Below are positions 30,144 through 40,964 of a stretch of DNA of 64,000 bases, piece by piece; the first letter of the stretch is position 1, and each line of letters starts with the position of its first letter. Under the pieces are notes generated by a model. The model saw only the letters and a list, made by a program, of their open reading frames with translations. It made no database searches and had not been told where the DNA came from. The stretch is from an uncultured virus (IMG/VR IMGVR_UViG_3300026511_000002). Its lineage: Duplodnaviria > Heunggongvirae > Uroviricota > Caudoviricetes. The DNA lies in IMG/VR virus record IMGVR_UViG_3300026511_000002. One strand, given 5' to 3'. The translations under genes and the position numbers were made by a program.

Positions 30144-33100
30144 ATGTCACAAATTACATTAAGAAATTCTAATACGGGAGCAGATCCAGCCAATGGAGCT
30201 AATAGTTTATGTTTTAGTGGCCTAGATGGTATATTAGATTTATATTACACTGGTACATTAACTGCAAATGGTGGAAGTTCAGCCACAGGAACAATATTAA
30301 ATACCGATAGTGCTAACCCCACTCCATGGGATGGACAGAATAAATTGTACATTGATGAGTTAGGTTGTAATATATTAAGAATATCCAGTGCCGGTGAAGT
30401 AATGGAGTTATTTTCAAATGACACGGGTACAGGTGTGCCAGTGTGTACTCCTGTAATTACTGTAACAGGTCCTAATCTTATTGATGATCACTTAGAAGGT
30501 ACAGTATATACTGACCAAGGTGCTACTTTAGAGGAAGAGTGCCCATCTGGTGGTAGTATAACGGTAACAGGTGTACCCGATGGCATGACAGTTGGAAATT
30601 ATACTATAACATATACATATCCTAACGCAGTAGATAAAATTAGAACTGTAAATGTGGTTCCAGCTCCGACACCAGTTCCACCAACAGCAACGCCTGTGCC
30701 AACACCCGTGCCAGATACAACGCCTCCGGTAATATCGCTTACTGGAAATGCTATAATAACTATCGAGGTAGATCCATCTTTTACAGGTCCATATATTGAA
30801 GATGGTGCTACGGCATTGGATGATGTAGATAATGACATTTCATCGCTCATAGTAATTGGAAATTTAAATAATGTAGATCCAACTAACGTTGGCGTTTACA
30901 CGATTACATATAATGTTAGTGATACCGCAGGAAATCCCGCAGTTGAAGTTACTAGAGAAATTCAAGTTGTAGATACTACAATACCTGTAATTGTACTTCA
31001 AGGGGATAATCCTTTAAACATTAATATTGGTGCTGCATATAGTGAACCTGGTTTCGCCGCAACTGATAATTATGACGACAATGCAACTCTTACTGGTGCT
31101 GTAGTTGTAGGAGGTGATACTGTGGATAACTCAACAGTTGGTCAATATAATATAACATATAATGTAACTGATTCAAGTAATAATAATGCAGTAGAGGTAA
31201 TTCGCGTTGTTAATGTAAACGACACTTCAGCTCCAATTCCAGAAAACGAGACATATGATGTGGCTTGGAATGCAACGCTCGCTATTATATTAGAAGCTTC
31301 AGATAACGTAGATTCTTCTGGTAGTTTAACATATACTATAGTAGATCAGCCAACTAAGGGACAATTAAATGCAGATGGAGGTGATCTCTTTACATATACT
31401 CACACTGCAACAGTATACGGACAAGATTCTTTTACTTTTACAGCGACTGATTCAGAAGGGAACGTTTCTCTTCCTGGCACAATAACAATAAATCCAATAA
31501 ACAGTGCACCTGTTTTAACAGATCCTGGATCAATACAATTACAACAAAATTCAAGCGTTGTATTTAATGTTGGTATACAGGATGCTGATGGCGACGCAAT
31601 AACAATTATTGAAGATACTGCTGTTTCAAATGGTACAATTCAACTTATACAAACGTCTAGCAACTTAGAGGTAACATATACACCTAATCTTGGTCATTTT
31701 GGTGGAGACACATGGGTCATCATAGGTGAGGATAGTAAATCAGAGCAATCAATTCCACTAACTATTAACTTTGCTATTGAGGCCGTTCCGTATTTTGAAA
31801 TGGATGCTTCATCATTTGGTAGTGATCCAGATGCCATGTGTATTGCACCTAAAACTACAAATGTTTACGGTGGAACAACATACGCAAATAATGTTAGTGA
31901 ATTATCAATAGGTGATACGGTTTATTATGATCAAAATTTAACTAATAAAGTTACAAGACCTAGTAATACTGCAATATACATAAAGGTTTCTGATTCTAGT
32001 AAAACCAGAGTATTAGGTATTAATGCCAATGGAGCAATTACAAGTATTAAAGAATGTGAAAGTAATGCTAATTCTGTATTTACACCAGTTAGATATGCAA
32101 GTAGTGAAAACGCATTCTGTGATAATGATGTACAAATCACAAATCTTTGGTATAATGATGATGGAAGTGGTTCAAAAACTTTACTTGAATTAGTAAACGG
32201 TTTTGTAAATGTATTTTCTAACGAATATGACTCAGATTTATTTACTGTTACTAATACAGTACAGAGTTCTATAGAAAGCGGAGTTTATGGAGATGTAGAT
32301 ATTACTTTGAATAAATTTTATAAAAGATCATCTATTAATACATGGGGAGAAAACAATGAGGCAAACTCAGGTGGGTTTGATTTTGAGTGTGAGGAAGAAG
32401 TGCCACAGGAAACGTTTCCAATAACTGTTCAGTATTTACCAAACTTTGAGGATCCAAATTTAAATGAATTTTGTGCGGGTCAAATTGATAATGAACTCAC
32501 AAATGTTACTCTATGGTTTAGTAGAGATTTAGGTGCGTCAGCAATTAGTAACTTGTTAGAATTAGCACAGTCAAATATTGCCATATACAAATCTCAATTA
32601 GGTGCACAATCACAAGATCCTTTAGATTTATTTGAATCTAACATATTTGCACAAGGTGGTGACGGACATTTAGCGTGGGATAATCTTGGTGATGGTAAAA
32701 ATTTAAATTGGTATGGATATGATATTAATAATAGGCTAGTTGTTGGAACTGATATTGTAAGTTGGGGCTCGTGTTCAACATATAATGATAGACCTGAGAT
32801 TAATGGTCTAAATGATATAACAAGTGGTAATAATGATGTAAATATGTTTTACGCATTCTACTCTTATATGCCTGAAATAGAAGGACCCGAAGGTAGTGAT
32901 CAAAATGATTCAGAAGATATATTTTGGCCAATATATGTAATAGATGGTCTACATACGATTAGTTCAGGAGACACTGGTAGTTATATAAAAGATTTTATAG
33001 ATAATTTAACGATAGGAAATGTAGTTACATCTAATAACACTGGAGAATGTTTGGCATATGTTTCTAATATTGTAGCCGAAGACATAGATGATGCTGTATT

Positions 33101-36100
33101 ATTACTAAAAAATAATTTATTAGATTCTAGGCAAAGGCCAGTTGTTTCTAGTGGAATTCAACTAGGTTTTGCTAGTGAAGAGGTTATTAAGGTTTATGAA
33201 GATTCCGAAGCTACTAAATGTGTTCTCGGTAATGAAGCTGAAATTATTAGTACATACACGTTCCCGTTTGTTAGTGATTATGATTCTGTTAAAGCAGGTC
33301 CAAATTTTAACACAGAAACTAATTACAAGTTAGATAATGTCGCCAAGCCTTTATTAAGAACTAATCCTAAATTATCTGGAAATATAAAAATAGTTACAGA
33401 TTCTAGTGGTACAGTATATTTAGAGAGTATAAATGCAAGTGAAAAACTAGCAGGAATAAAGTACAAAAAACATCCTATTAATCCAAATGGAAATTACGCT
33501 AAAGATGTGGCTTCTTTTTTTAGAGCCACTGGAACTCCATCTGATTTAATTTATTTAACTAAAAGGGCTAATTCTGATTTAACGGTTCATGATTCTTATA
33601 ATAAACAAGTAGAAGAGGAATATCAATATGGAACAACTTATAATTATTCTAAAAATTATGATGAAGGCTATAAAATGTTTGCACCTATATGGGCAGATAA
33701 CAATATGCCAAATAATTTTGTAATATTTAAAGTAAAAGATCCTAGTCTATTGGATTCTACTCATACAAATAGTAGTAATGCTGAAAGAATTTCCAGTATG
33801 TTGAAAAATGCTGAGATAATTAAATCATTTGATTTATCAAAAGAATCAGATTTAGGAAAATATATCAGAACTCATGTACAACAGGAAACTTTCCCTAAAG
33901 CACCTTTAACTGTTTCGTTTAATAAAAATGAAAATACTAATTACAACGGTATAGATTTAAAATCGGGTGAATTAACAAGTAAGGGCGAATATATTTACAA
34001 GGATTTTGTAGAAACTGACAAACCTCTTATTGAGGCTAATGATTTTATAACTGATGGTTTTAAAAGAAACGACATGTTATGTGCCAATTTATTGAATTTA
34101 GAATTCTTATTCGATGATGATAGTGGAGCAGATTATAGTGTTAGTAGATATTTTGGATTATATGTTGACACAATAGATTCGGGTGTAGGTGAGATTAGTT
34201 CTATTAATAATAACAATGTAATTACTTTTGGTAAAATTGATTCATTAGTTGATAGTACAAATCCAGTTACGGCAATCCCTAGTTATAAACAAATGTCTAC
34301 ATCACCAACTTTAGGTTACGTGAAGATAAATGATATTTTCTATAAGATATCAAACACTGGTCTTTATGATCCATTTAAGTTAGAGGTTAAAGTAGACGGT
34401 GATAATGAAATTATATCAAATACTATAGGTATTTCACATGTTGGTAGATCTGTCAATTTAACCAGAAATGAAGATCAAGGTTTTGATTTTGTTAAAATGA
34501 CAATAATAGGAACACCTGATGGTGCTGATAAAATAGCGGTATTAGAATCAAGAGAAGAATCATACAAGTTTACGTTTGTTAAACACACACCTGGAGAACT
34601 AATTAATATTGAAATAGAAGACAATGGTGTGATATCTAATTTGTTTAATAATGATGTACAATTAGGTGTTGATTTTGAGACTACTGCAGCTAACATTATA
34701 ACTACACCAAAAGATGCAAACTTAAATATTACATTTGATTATAATACTAAATCTGTAATTATAACCGAAATCAAAACAAATTTAGGTGATCTTAACATGA
34801 GAATCACGGGTGCTATTAGTTCTATTGTTAGGGTTGATCAACTTCAGTCTAATGTTAATTTACAAGACAGAACATATGTTTCTAATTACACATTACCAAA
34901 GGGTACTTATAAAGGACAGCAGTTTTCTAATCAAGGGACTACAGGTGATATAGCATCCGCGTTGGCATCCGCAATACATGATGATGATAGTGAATTAGAT
35001 TCGTATAACGTAGGTTCAGACATTTTTGTAAAAACAAAGATACCTGGTTATAGATTAAATCAACATGTTATATTGGTTAACAAAGAGAACGTTACTGATT
35101 TTATCAAAGTAGAAAATGAAGATTTAAATAATATACTAAATCTTAAAGAAAGTAGTAATTCTATAAAAGAAAATTGGAGATCTCATTATTTAAGTGGTGG
35201 TAACACACGTAACAGATCGGTGTTTGTTGATAATACTACTTTAAGTGAAATATCTACTGGAGATTATTTAGAAACCAATTATGAGGGTATTTACAATAAG
35301 GTATTAGATATTGTTGAAGATATTGATTCTATTGATTCTACTAAATCTAAAATAATATTATCTTTAGATTCAGATATTAATGATGGAGAAACAAGAGTTT
35401 TTAATAATAATATAGTACATGTTGGTTTATTCTCAGCATATAATTTATATGATATGGATTTTGATTTTTATGACACTTCAAATTCTGATCTAAAAGAGTT
35501 ATCTTTAGAAACTAGAGAGAATATAAATTACGAACCATATGAAAATGCTATATTAAACATAGATCCAATTACTTCTGAGTTTAATTCAGTATTAGCTGCG
35601 AGTGACATATTTGATGATAATTATGCATTAGAGCCGATTGATTATTTTTCTAATTTATCCGGAATATTATCTGAAGAAACTATAGATGAAGAGTTATCTG
35701 AAAATATTACAAGTGAATTTGATAGACTAAAAGAAAACGAGTTAAAAGAATTTGCTACTAAATCTAGAGTAGTTCCTAATATTAACAAATGGGTTTTAAA
35801 AGATTCATTAAATATTAAAGAACAGCCATATTATTTGAATATTAATGAAGCCTTTGGTAGAACTAATTTCTCCCCTGATTTAAGTGCGGTCGGTCGTAGT
35901 AAAAACGATATGACACACGAATGGTTTTATATGGATAAAAATCCAAAGTATTTAAGATATGATGAATTAAACCAAGGATTTTCATATGTAAACTTCATTG
36001 AAGATTTTGAATTAACATCTGATTTATTTAAAAGTACTAAAAACAATTACTTTGATAAATTTATGATTTCTGAAGGATTTGAAAAAAATCTAAATAAAGA

Positions 36101-38219
36101 AGATCTCGATTCTATATTTCAAAAATTCGGAGAGTACACAGAGGGTTACTTAAATCCTGATGATATTAATAATACATTCTTTAAAACAGAATTAAAGAAG
36201 AAGTATACATTGATAGATGGCGGTGATACAAATGCGTTTGCTAACACTATATTTAAGGGTTTAAAGGTTGTATTAAAAAATAGAAAGGAATTTGCCAATA
36301 AAACTGCACTTGATTTTGTTAAAAGTAGTGAGTTTAATGGTTATAAATTTAGTGTTTTATTAAAGACAAATACAGATACTGAAACCAATGATATAGAGTT
36401 TGAGGTTATTCAAAATAAGAAGTTTAAATTTGTAATATTTTTTATCACAATGAATCTTAGTGATTATTGGGTAAAAGGAAATATGAATAGAAAATTGTTA
36501 TATGAACTAAATCATAAAATAGTATATGATCATACTAATGAAGATTATATTTATGCTAATACGTCATTTGACGGTGCATTGAATTGGAATCAAGCTGATT
36601 TTTCAGGGGATTTACCATATACAATAGATGGCATTACACATATTGATGGAAGTACACCTAAGTTTGATGATCAAATTTTATTGGGAGAGAATGGATTATA
36701 TGGTGAGGTTTTAATGGATTTATATCCTGAAACACCTGGAAATACAATTTATAAGTTTTCAATTTATACAGTAGAAGATGATAATTCAATTAAAGTACAA
36801 GGGAAACCTGTAAACGTAAATGATCCATATGATGTTTTAGATGTTGAGTTTTTACCTAACTATTTACAAAGTAAAATAAAGTATTACTATAAGGACGGAG
36901 GTACAAACATACACAAAGCTCTTCTAGAAAAGTTATCTATTAACAGTGTTGCTGAAATGATAAACTTAAATGATGATAGTGTTAAGTATACTACGGTAGA
37001 AGAAAATGGAGAAATAAATGCAAATAGATTTACTATTAATTTTGAAGATGGAAATGAAATTGTAAAATATGCAACACTTTCTGTAGAAGAAGATAATGAT
37101 AAACCGAAAAGTTTTAAATTGTTTAAAGGTATTATTGGTTATAATTTAATTAAATCAAGTGAGGCTGAATATTATCCATTCTTAATAAGACACAGTGGAT
37201 CATATACTGTAGGATTTAAACCAGTTGTTACATTTACTGACATGTATGCTCATTTTAAATCTAATAGAGTACAAGCCACTGTAGATAACAGAGAGTCTGT
37301 ATTTGAGTCATTTTTATACAAACATGCCATGAATAACTCATATGAATTAAAAACTGCCAAATCATATTATAATAGATATAATAGATGTGGTACTACGTTC
37401 AATGTAGGTCTTATTATAGATAATGATATACATGATTCTAATTGGGGCATTATAAAAAATCATTTTTATCATAAAGTAAATGAAATAAATCCAAACGGTA
37501 TTACCAAACTCTCAGAATCTTCTGATAAATTACCATTGTACCCTCGTATTAATGAAATCGCTATTTCTAAAAAAGATGTAAACGTATTTAGATCTTCATG
37601 GGATGCAAATTATTATACTAGAGCATTATCAGGTGGAAAATCTGAAGATATACCAGGTACATTAGATAATACAGAGGAAAAATCTTATCTTGGATCTACT
37701 ACGATGAAGATTAAAAACGAGTATGATGTTACTTCTTTTACATATGAAAATGTAGATAGTCAAGAAGATTTAGATTTTATTTTAAAGAATGGTATAAATA
37801 AGGCTGAAGTAACTGTATTTGAGGATGAAAAACAAATAGTTGCAGATTTTTATATTACTGATGCTGCTACTAGATTACTAAGAAATGACGGAGTGTTTGA
37901 TGTAATAAATAAGTATGTGAATGCTGAAGATTCAGCTGGGGATAAAACAACTTTGATCGATGACGCAAATTTCTATATTAATAATAATATTATTGAAAAA
38001 TTTGTAGTAGATTCTATATCGTTATATACTAGAGACTTTAAAGGAAGACCTTCATCAATAATAAATATAGGTGAAGATATTCGTGCTGGTGGGTTTACAC
38101 CAGACAACAATTTTAGATTTAAATCTCATAAACAAAAGCCTATGAATTTTAGATTGATATATAATAAAAGATTAGGATATTCTTACGACATTAAACCTAT
38201 GATAAAAATAAAGTCATAA
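30144..38219 (+). CDS. 2691-aa virion protein: N-terminal Ig-like adhesin repeats (DUF5011-like, Big_9/cadherin-like) plus structural core
   Basis: DTTPPVISLTG..Y.EDGATALDDVD...GVYTITYNVSDTAGN repeats; LTYTIVDQPTKGQL...GQDSFTFTATD. Confidence 0.7.
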   Translation: MSQITLRNSNTGADPANGANSLCFSGLDGILDLYYTGTLTANGGSSATGTILNTDSANPTPWDGQNKLYIDELGCNILRISSAGEVMELFSNDTGTGVPVCTPVITVTGPNLIDDHLEGTVYTDQGATLEEECPSGGSITVTGVPDGMTVGNYTITYTYPNAVDKIRTVNVVPAPTPVPPTATPVPTPVPDTTPPVISLTGNAIITIEVDPSFTGPYIEDGATALDDVDNDISSLIVIGNLNNVDPTNVGVYTITYNVSDTAGNPAVEVTREIQVVDTTIPVIVLQGDNPLNINIGAAYSEPGFAATDNYDDNATLTGAVVVGGDTVDNSTVGQYNITYNVTDSSNNNAVEVIRVVNVNDTSAPIPENETYDVAWNATLAIILEASDNVDSSGSLTYTIVDQPTKGQLNADGGDLFTYTHTATVYGQDSFTFTATDSEGNVSLPGTITINPINSAPVLTDPGSIQLQQNSSVVFNVGIQDADGDAITIIEDTAVSNGTIQLIQTSSNLEVTYTPNLGHFGGDTWVIIGEDSKSEQSIPLTINFAIEAVPYFEMDASSFGSDPDAMCIAPKTTNVYGGTTYANNVSELSIGDTVYYDQNLTNKVTRPSNTAIYIKVSDSSKTRVLGINANGAITSIKECESNANSVFTPVRYASSENAFCDNDVQITNLWYNDDGSGSKTLLELVNGFVNVFSNEYDSDLFTVTNTVQSSIESGVYGDVDITLNKFYKRSSINTWGENNEANSGGFDFECEEEVPQETFPITVQYLPNFEDPNLNEFCAGQIDNELTNVTLWFSRDLGASAISNLLELAQSNIAIYKSQLGAQSQDPLDLFESNIFAQGGDGHLAWDNLGDGKNLNWYGYDINNRLVVGTDIVSWGSCSTYNDRPEINGLNDITSGNNDVNMFYAFYSYMPEIEGPEGSDQNDSEDIFWPIYVIDGLHTISSGDTGSYIKDFIDNLTIGNVVTSNNTGECLAYVSNIVAEDIDDAVLLLKNNLLDSRQRPVVSSGIQLGFASEEVIKVYEDSEATKCVLGNEAEIISTYTFPFVSDYDSVKAGPNFNTETNYKLDNVAKPLLRTNPKLSGNIKIVTDSSGTVYLESINASEKLAGIKYKKHPINPNGNYAKDVASFFRATGTPSDLIYLTKRANSDLTVHDSYNKQVEEEYQYGTTYNYSKNYDEGYKMFAPIWADNNMPNNFVIFKVKDPSLLDSTHTNSSNAERISSMLKNAEIIKSFDLSKESDLGKYIRTHVQQETFPKAPLTVSFNKNENTNYNGIDLKSGELTSKGEYIYKDFVETDKPLIEANDFITDGFKRNDMLCANLLNLEFLFDDDSGADYSVSRYFGLYVDTIDSGVGEISSINNNNVITFGKIDSLVDSTNPVTAIPSYKQMSTSPTLGYVKINDIFYKISNTGLYDPFKLEVKVDGDNEIISNTIGISHVGRSVNLTRNEDQGFDFVKMTIIGTPDGADKIAVLESREESYKFTFVKHTPGELINIEIEDNGVISNLFNNDVQLGVDFETTAANIITTPKDANLNITFDYNTKSVIITEIKTNLGDLNMRITGAISSIVRVDQLQSNVNLQDRTYVSNYTLPKGTYKGQQFSNQGTTGDIASALASAIHDDDSELDSYNVGSDIFVKTKIPGYRLNQHVILVNKENVTDFIKVENEDLNNILNLKESSNSIKENWRSHYLSGGNTRNRSVFVDNTTLSEISTGDYLETNYEGIYNKVLDIVEDIDSIDSTKSKIILSLDSDINDGETRVFNNNIVHVGLFSAYNLYDMDFDFYDTSNSDLKELSLETRENINYEPYENAILNIDPITSEFNSVLAASDIFDDNYALEPIDYFSNLSGILSEETIDEELSENITSEFDRLKENELKEFATKSRVVPNINKWVLKDSLNIKEQPYYLNINEAFGRTNFSPDLSAVGRSKNDMTHEWFYMDKNPKYLRYDELNQGFSYVNFIEDFELTSDLFKSTKNNYFDKFMISEGFEKNLNKEDLDSIFQKFGEYTEGYLNPDDINNTFFKTELKKKYTLIDGGDTNAFANTIFKGLKVVLKNRKEFANKTALDFVKSSEFNGYKFSVLLKTNTDTETNDIEFEVIQNKKFKFVIFFITMNLSDYWVKGNMNRKLLYELNHKIVYDHTNEDYIYANTSFDGALNWNQADFSGDLPYTIDGITHIDGSTPKFDDQILLGENGLYGEVLMDLYPETPGNTIYKFSIYTVEDDNSIKVQGKPVNVNDPYDVLDVEFLPNYLQSKIKYYYKDGGTNIHKALLEKLSINSVAEMINLNDDSVKYTTVEENGEINANRFTINFEDGNEIVKYATLSVEEDNDKPKSFKLFKGIIGYNLIKSSEAEYYPFLIRHSGSYTVGFKPVVTFTDMYAHFKSNRVQATVDNRESVFESFLYKHAMNNSYELKTAKSYYNRYNRCGTTFNVGLIIDNDIHDSNWGIIKNHFYHKVNEINPNGITKLSESSDKLPLYPRINEIAISKKDVNVFRSSWDANYYTRALSGGKSEDIPGTLDNTEEKSYLGSTTMKIKNEYDVTSFTYENVDSQEDLDFILKNGINKAEVTVFEDEKQIVADFYITDAATRLLRNDGVFDVINKYVNAEDSAGDKTTLIDDANFYINNNIIEKFVVDSISLYTRDFKGRPSSIINIGEDIRAGGFTPDNNFRFKSHKQKPMNFRLIYNKRLGYSYDIKPMIKIKS

Positions 38220-38220
38220 A

Positions 38221-39561
38221 ATGGCAATTAACATTCAAGAGATACTACACCCGAGTGATTCGAACTCTATTAAGTTTGAAAAAATCAACTATAACTTTGA
38301 CCAAATATTGGCAAATGGAGGTGGACCTGTCGGTCCCAAGGGACAAAAAGGAGATCAAGGTCAAGTTGGTTCTACTGGACAAAAAGGAGAAAAAGGTGAG
38401 ATTGGTAATACTGGTTTAAAAGGAGATTCAGGGGCAACTGATAGTCCATGGTATAAAGTTGAATTAGATGCTAATTCAGATGGCCAAAATGAGGTTACTA
38501 TTCTAAAACCAAAAAGAGGAACTGATTTACAACTTCCTATAATTTGGTTAGGGGATTCTACATTTGAAGAAGATTCTAATGACGGTGATATTTCAACAAA
38601 TGCAAGATTAACAATAGCAACCGATGGTGTTTTTGCAAATTATCTAAAATTATTTCATGACTCTGTTCATGGTTTAGTATTAACTAGTGAAGAAAGTGGA
38701 GCTTATAAAAGATTTGCTTTTAAAAATAATTTTGGTAGCAGTAACATAGAGTTCGGCGCAACTACTAATAAGATATCTTTAGTTGCTACAAGTTCTAATG
38801 CTTATTTTCAAGGTGAAGGCGTAACAATTAAAACAACTGGATCAAATAACCTTAGTTTAGAAACTTCTGGTAATGGTATATTGGATGTAGATATAAATGC
38901 TGAATTTAAAGGTTACGTAAGGTTGCCTTATGGTGGAACTGGACAAAGACCATTAAATCCACAAGTAGGTATGATAAGATTTAATAGTGATTTAGATATC
39001 GCTGAAGCTTATTATTACAACGGTGGTTCACCAGAGTGGAGAGAATTGTGTACAGATTGTGGTAGCGGAGTAGCAGATAGTATTGGAATTATAGGTGGAA
39101 ACATTGATGCATATGCTGATGGAAGTCCAGTAGTAACTGACACTATTTCTATTGGAGGTGGAAACATTAATGCAAATAGTGACGGGTCACCAAGTTCAAG
39201 TGTGCCTAATCCGACTGCAACACCAAATCCAACGGCACAACCAACCCCAGCCCCAACTAGTGGATCGGGTAGTGGTTCGGGACCAAATCCAACTGCAACG
39301 CCAACTAGTGGATCAGGCAGTGGATCAGGGCCAAATCCAACTGCAACGCCAACTAGTGGATCAGGCAGTGGATCAGGGCCAAATCCAACTGCAACGCCAA
39401 CTAGTGGTGGTGGTTCAGGAACAGGATCAGGAACAGGTTCAGGTGGTGATAACGAAATTATCGAAGATGATGGTGAAAGCTTAGGCGGAGGAGGAACTAG
39501 TTCGGGAACTGGAAGCGGAGGAACTAGCTCTGGAACAGGTTCGGGAACTAATAGTTATTAA
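38221..39561 (+). CDS. Collagen-like tail fibre/whisker protein with P/T/G/S tail
   Basis: GPVGPKGQKGDQGQVGSTGQKGEKGEIG Gly-X-Y run; LPYGGTGQRP..GMIRFNSD fibre motif. Confidence 0.7.
   Translation: MAINIQEILHPSDSNSIKFEKINYNFDQILANGGGPVGPKGQKGDQGQVGSTGQKGEKGEIGNTGLKGDSGATDSPWYKVELDANSDGQNEVTILKPKRGTDLQLPIIWLGDSTFEEDSNDGDISTNARLTIATDGVFANYLKLFHDSVHGLVLTSEESGAYKRFAFKNNFGSSNIEFGATTNKISLVATSSNAYFQGEGVTIKTTGSNNLSLETSGNGILDVDINAEFKGYVRLPYGGTGQRPLNPQVGMIRFNSDLDIAEAYYYNGGSPEWRELCTDCGSGVADSIGIIGGNIDAYADGSPVVTDTISIGGGNINANSDGSPSSSVPNPTATPNPTAQPTPAPTSGSGSGSGPNPTATPTSGSGSGSGPNPTATPTSGSGSGSGPNPTATPTSGGGSGTGSGTGSGGDNEIIEDDGESLGGGGTSSGTGSGGTSSGTGSGTNSY
39283..39407 (+). repeat. 48-bp tandem repeat (PNPTATPTSGSGSGSG), about 2.6 copies
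   Basis: CCAAATCCAACTGCAACGCCAACTAGTGGATCAGGCAGTGGATCAGGG at 39283 and 39331, partial copy at 39379. Confidence 0.9.
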
Positions 39562-39599
39562 AATAAAAACAAGATAAATATAAAAACATAAATAATAAA

Positions 39600-40964
39600 A
39601 TGAGCTACGATTATACAAGAACTGTCTCAATTACACCGGTAAGTACATCCTATTCATGGGATGCTACTCCTAATTGGATTACTATAACAAGAGTTTCTGT
39701 TAACTCCGATGACTGGACAATTACACTTCAAGAAAACACAGGTGATGCACGTAGTGCGACACTTACTGTTAGACATGCTAATTCAACAACGGTTGACACT
39801 ATAACTGTGAATCAAGCTGAGGGTGTAGGTGTGCCTGATCCAACTGCAACGCCAGTTCCGACTTCGGTTCCGACTGCAACGCCAGCTCCGACGAACGTAC
39901 CAAATCCAACGCCAGTTCCACCAACTGCAACGCCAGTTCCACCAACTGCAACGCCAGTTCCAACTGTTCAACCAACACCTGGTCCAAACCCAACGTTTAC
40001 ATTTGCAACTAATACAACGTCTGGTAATAGATTTATATTTGCACCTAGTAGTCTTAATACTGATGTATCATATACAATCGTAGCAGATGGTAACACTAGT
40101 CCAGCTGCGCCAAGTAATTTTAGTACCAATGGTGTTAGTGGTTCAAATCAAACTGGACCAACTGTAACAAACAATTCGAACGTATTTACTGGAACTTATA
40201 GGTTTACAAAAACTTTTTCACCAATTGCTGATCTGAATGTTAACTGTACAGTAAGTGCACCATATGGCACATCAGATACTTGGTATTGTACGCTTGAAGC
40301 AGATTCAGGTCCTAAAAATACAGCTACGCCAAGTCCAACTAATAGTTCAGGCTCTGGTTCAGGTTCGGGACCAACTGCAACACCAATTCCTAATCCAACT
40401 GCAACACCAGTTCCATCTTCAACGCCATCGTATAGTGGCGGAGGCGGCGGAGGCGGATGTCACGTAGCTGGAGAATTACTTACGTTAGCTAATGGTGAAA
40501 CTAAATTAGTAGAAGATGTAGTTGTAGGAGATAACTTATTATCTGTTAATTTTGATGGATTTAGTTTAGATGGAGAGTGGAAATCATGGAAAAGAAGAGA
40601 AGAAACTCTTGGATCTGTGTATACAAACACGACTGTTACTAATGTTACTGTTTTAGAATTCGATAAATATTATGACTTCAATAATGGATTATTAAAAATC
40701 ACAGAAGAACATCCTGTCCTAGTAAAAGATACTGTAGGAGATATTTACTTCAAACAAGTAAGAGATATTGTTAATTCTGATTGGCTCTTAAATGAAGACA
40801 ATGAATGGGTAGATATTACATCTATAGAATTGATAGCGGTACCTGAGAGATTTACAACATATTCCTTTAACGTAGAAGAAGCTGATGTTTATTTTGCAAA
40901 TGGTATAATAGTACACAATGTTGAGGATCTTGAAGAGGATCGCGAAAAACAATTTATGCAATAA
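39600..40964 (+). CDS. BACON-like domain + PT linkers + C-terminal Hint (intein-like) domain
   Basis: PNWITI...ITLQENTGDARSATLTV...ITVNQA (BACON); GC|HVAG...ITEEHP...YFANGIIVHN (Hint). Confidence 0.8.
   Translation: MSYDYTRTVSITPVSTSYSWDATPNWITITRVSVNSDDWTITLQENTGDARSATLTVRHANSTTVDTITVNQAEGVGVPDPTATPVPTSVPTATPAPTNVPNPTPVPPTATPVPPTATPVPTVQPTPGPNPTFTFATNTTSGNRFIFAPSSLNTDVSYTIVADGNTSPAAPSNFSTNGVSGSNQTGPTVTNNSNVFTGTYRFTKTFSPIADLNVNCTVSAPYGTSDTWYCTLEADSGPKNTATPSPTNSSGSGSGSGPTATPIPNPTATPVPSSTPSYSGGGGGGGCHVAGELLTLANGETKLVEDVVVGDNLLSVNFDGFSLDGEWKSWKRREETLGSVYTNTTVTNVTVLEFDKYYDFNNGLLKITEEHPVLVKDTVGDIYFKQVRDIVNSDWLLNEDNEWVDITSIELIAVPERFTTYSFNVEEADVYFANGIIVHNVEDLEEDREKQFMQ
39921..39962 (+). repeat. 21-bp tandem repeat (PTATPVP) x2
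   Basis: CCAACTGCAACGCCAGTTCCA twice, within a wider degenerate PT array (39835-39995). Confidence 0.85.
40458..40919 (+). other. Hint auto-processing domain (no endonuclease; C+1 residue is Val)
   Basis: Cys1 at 40458, block-B TxxH (TEEH), terminal HN at 40914-40919; 154 aa. Confidence 0.85.

Noticed and set aside
40458..40919. Mobile intein
   Set aside because: No homing endonuclease, +1 residue is Val, and it lies at the protein C-terminus; better explained as a resident auto-processing domain.
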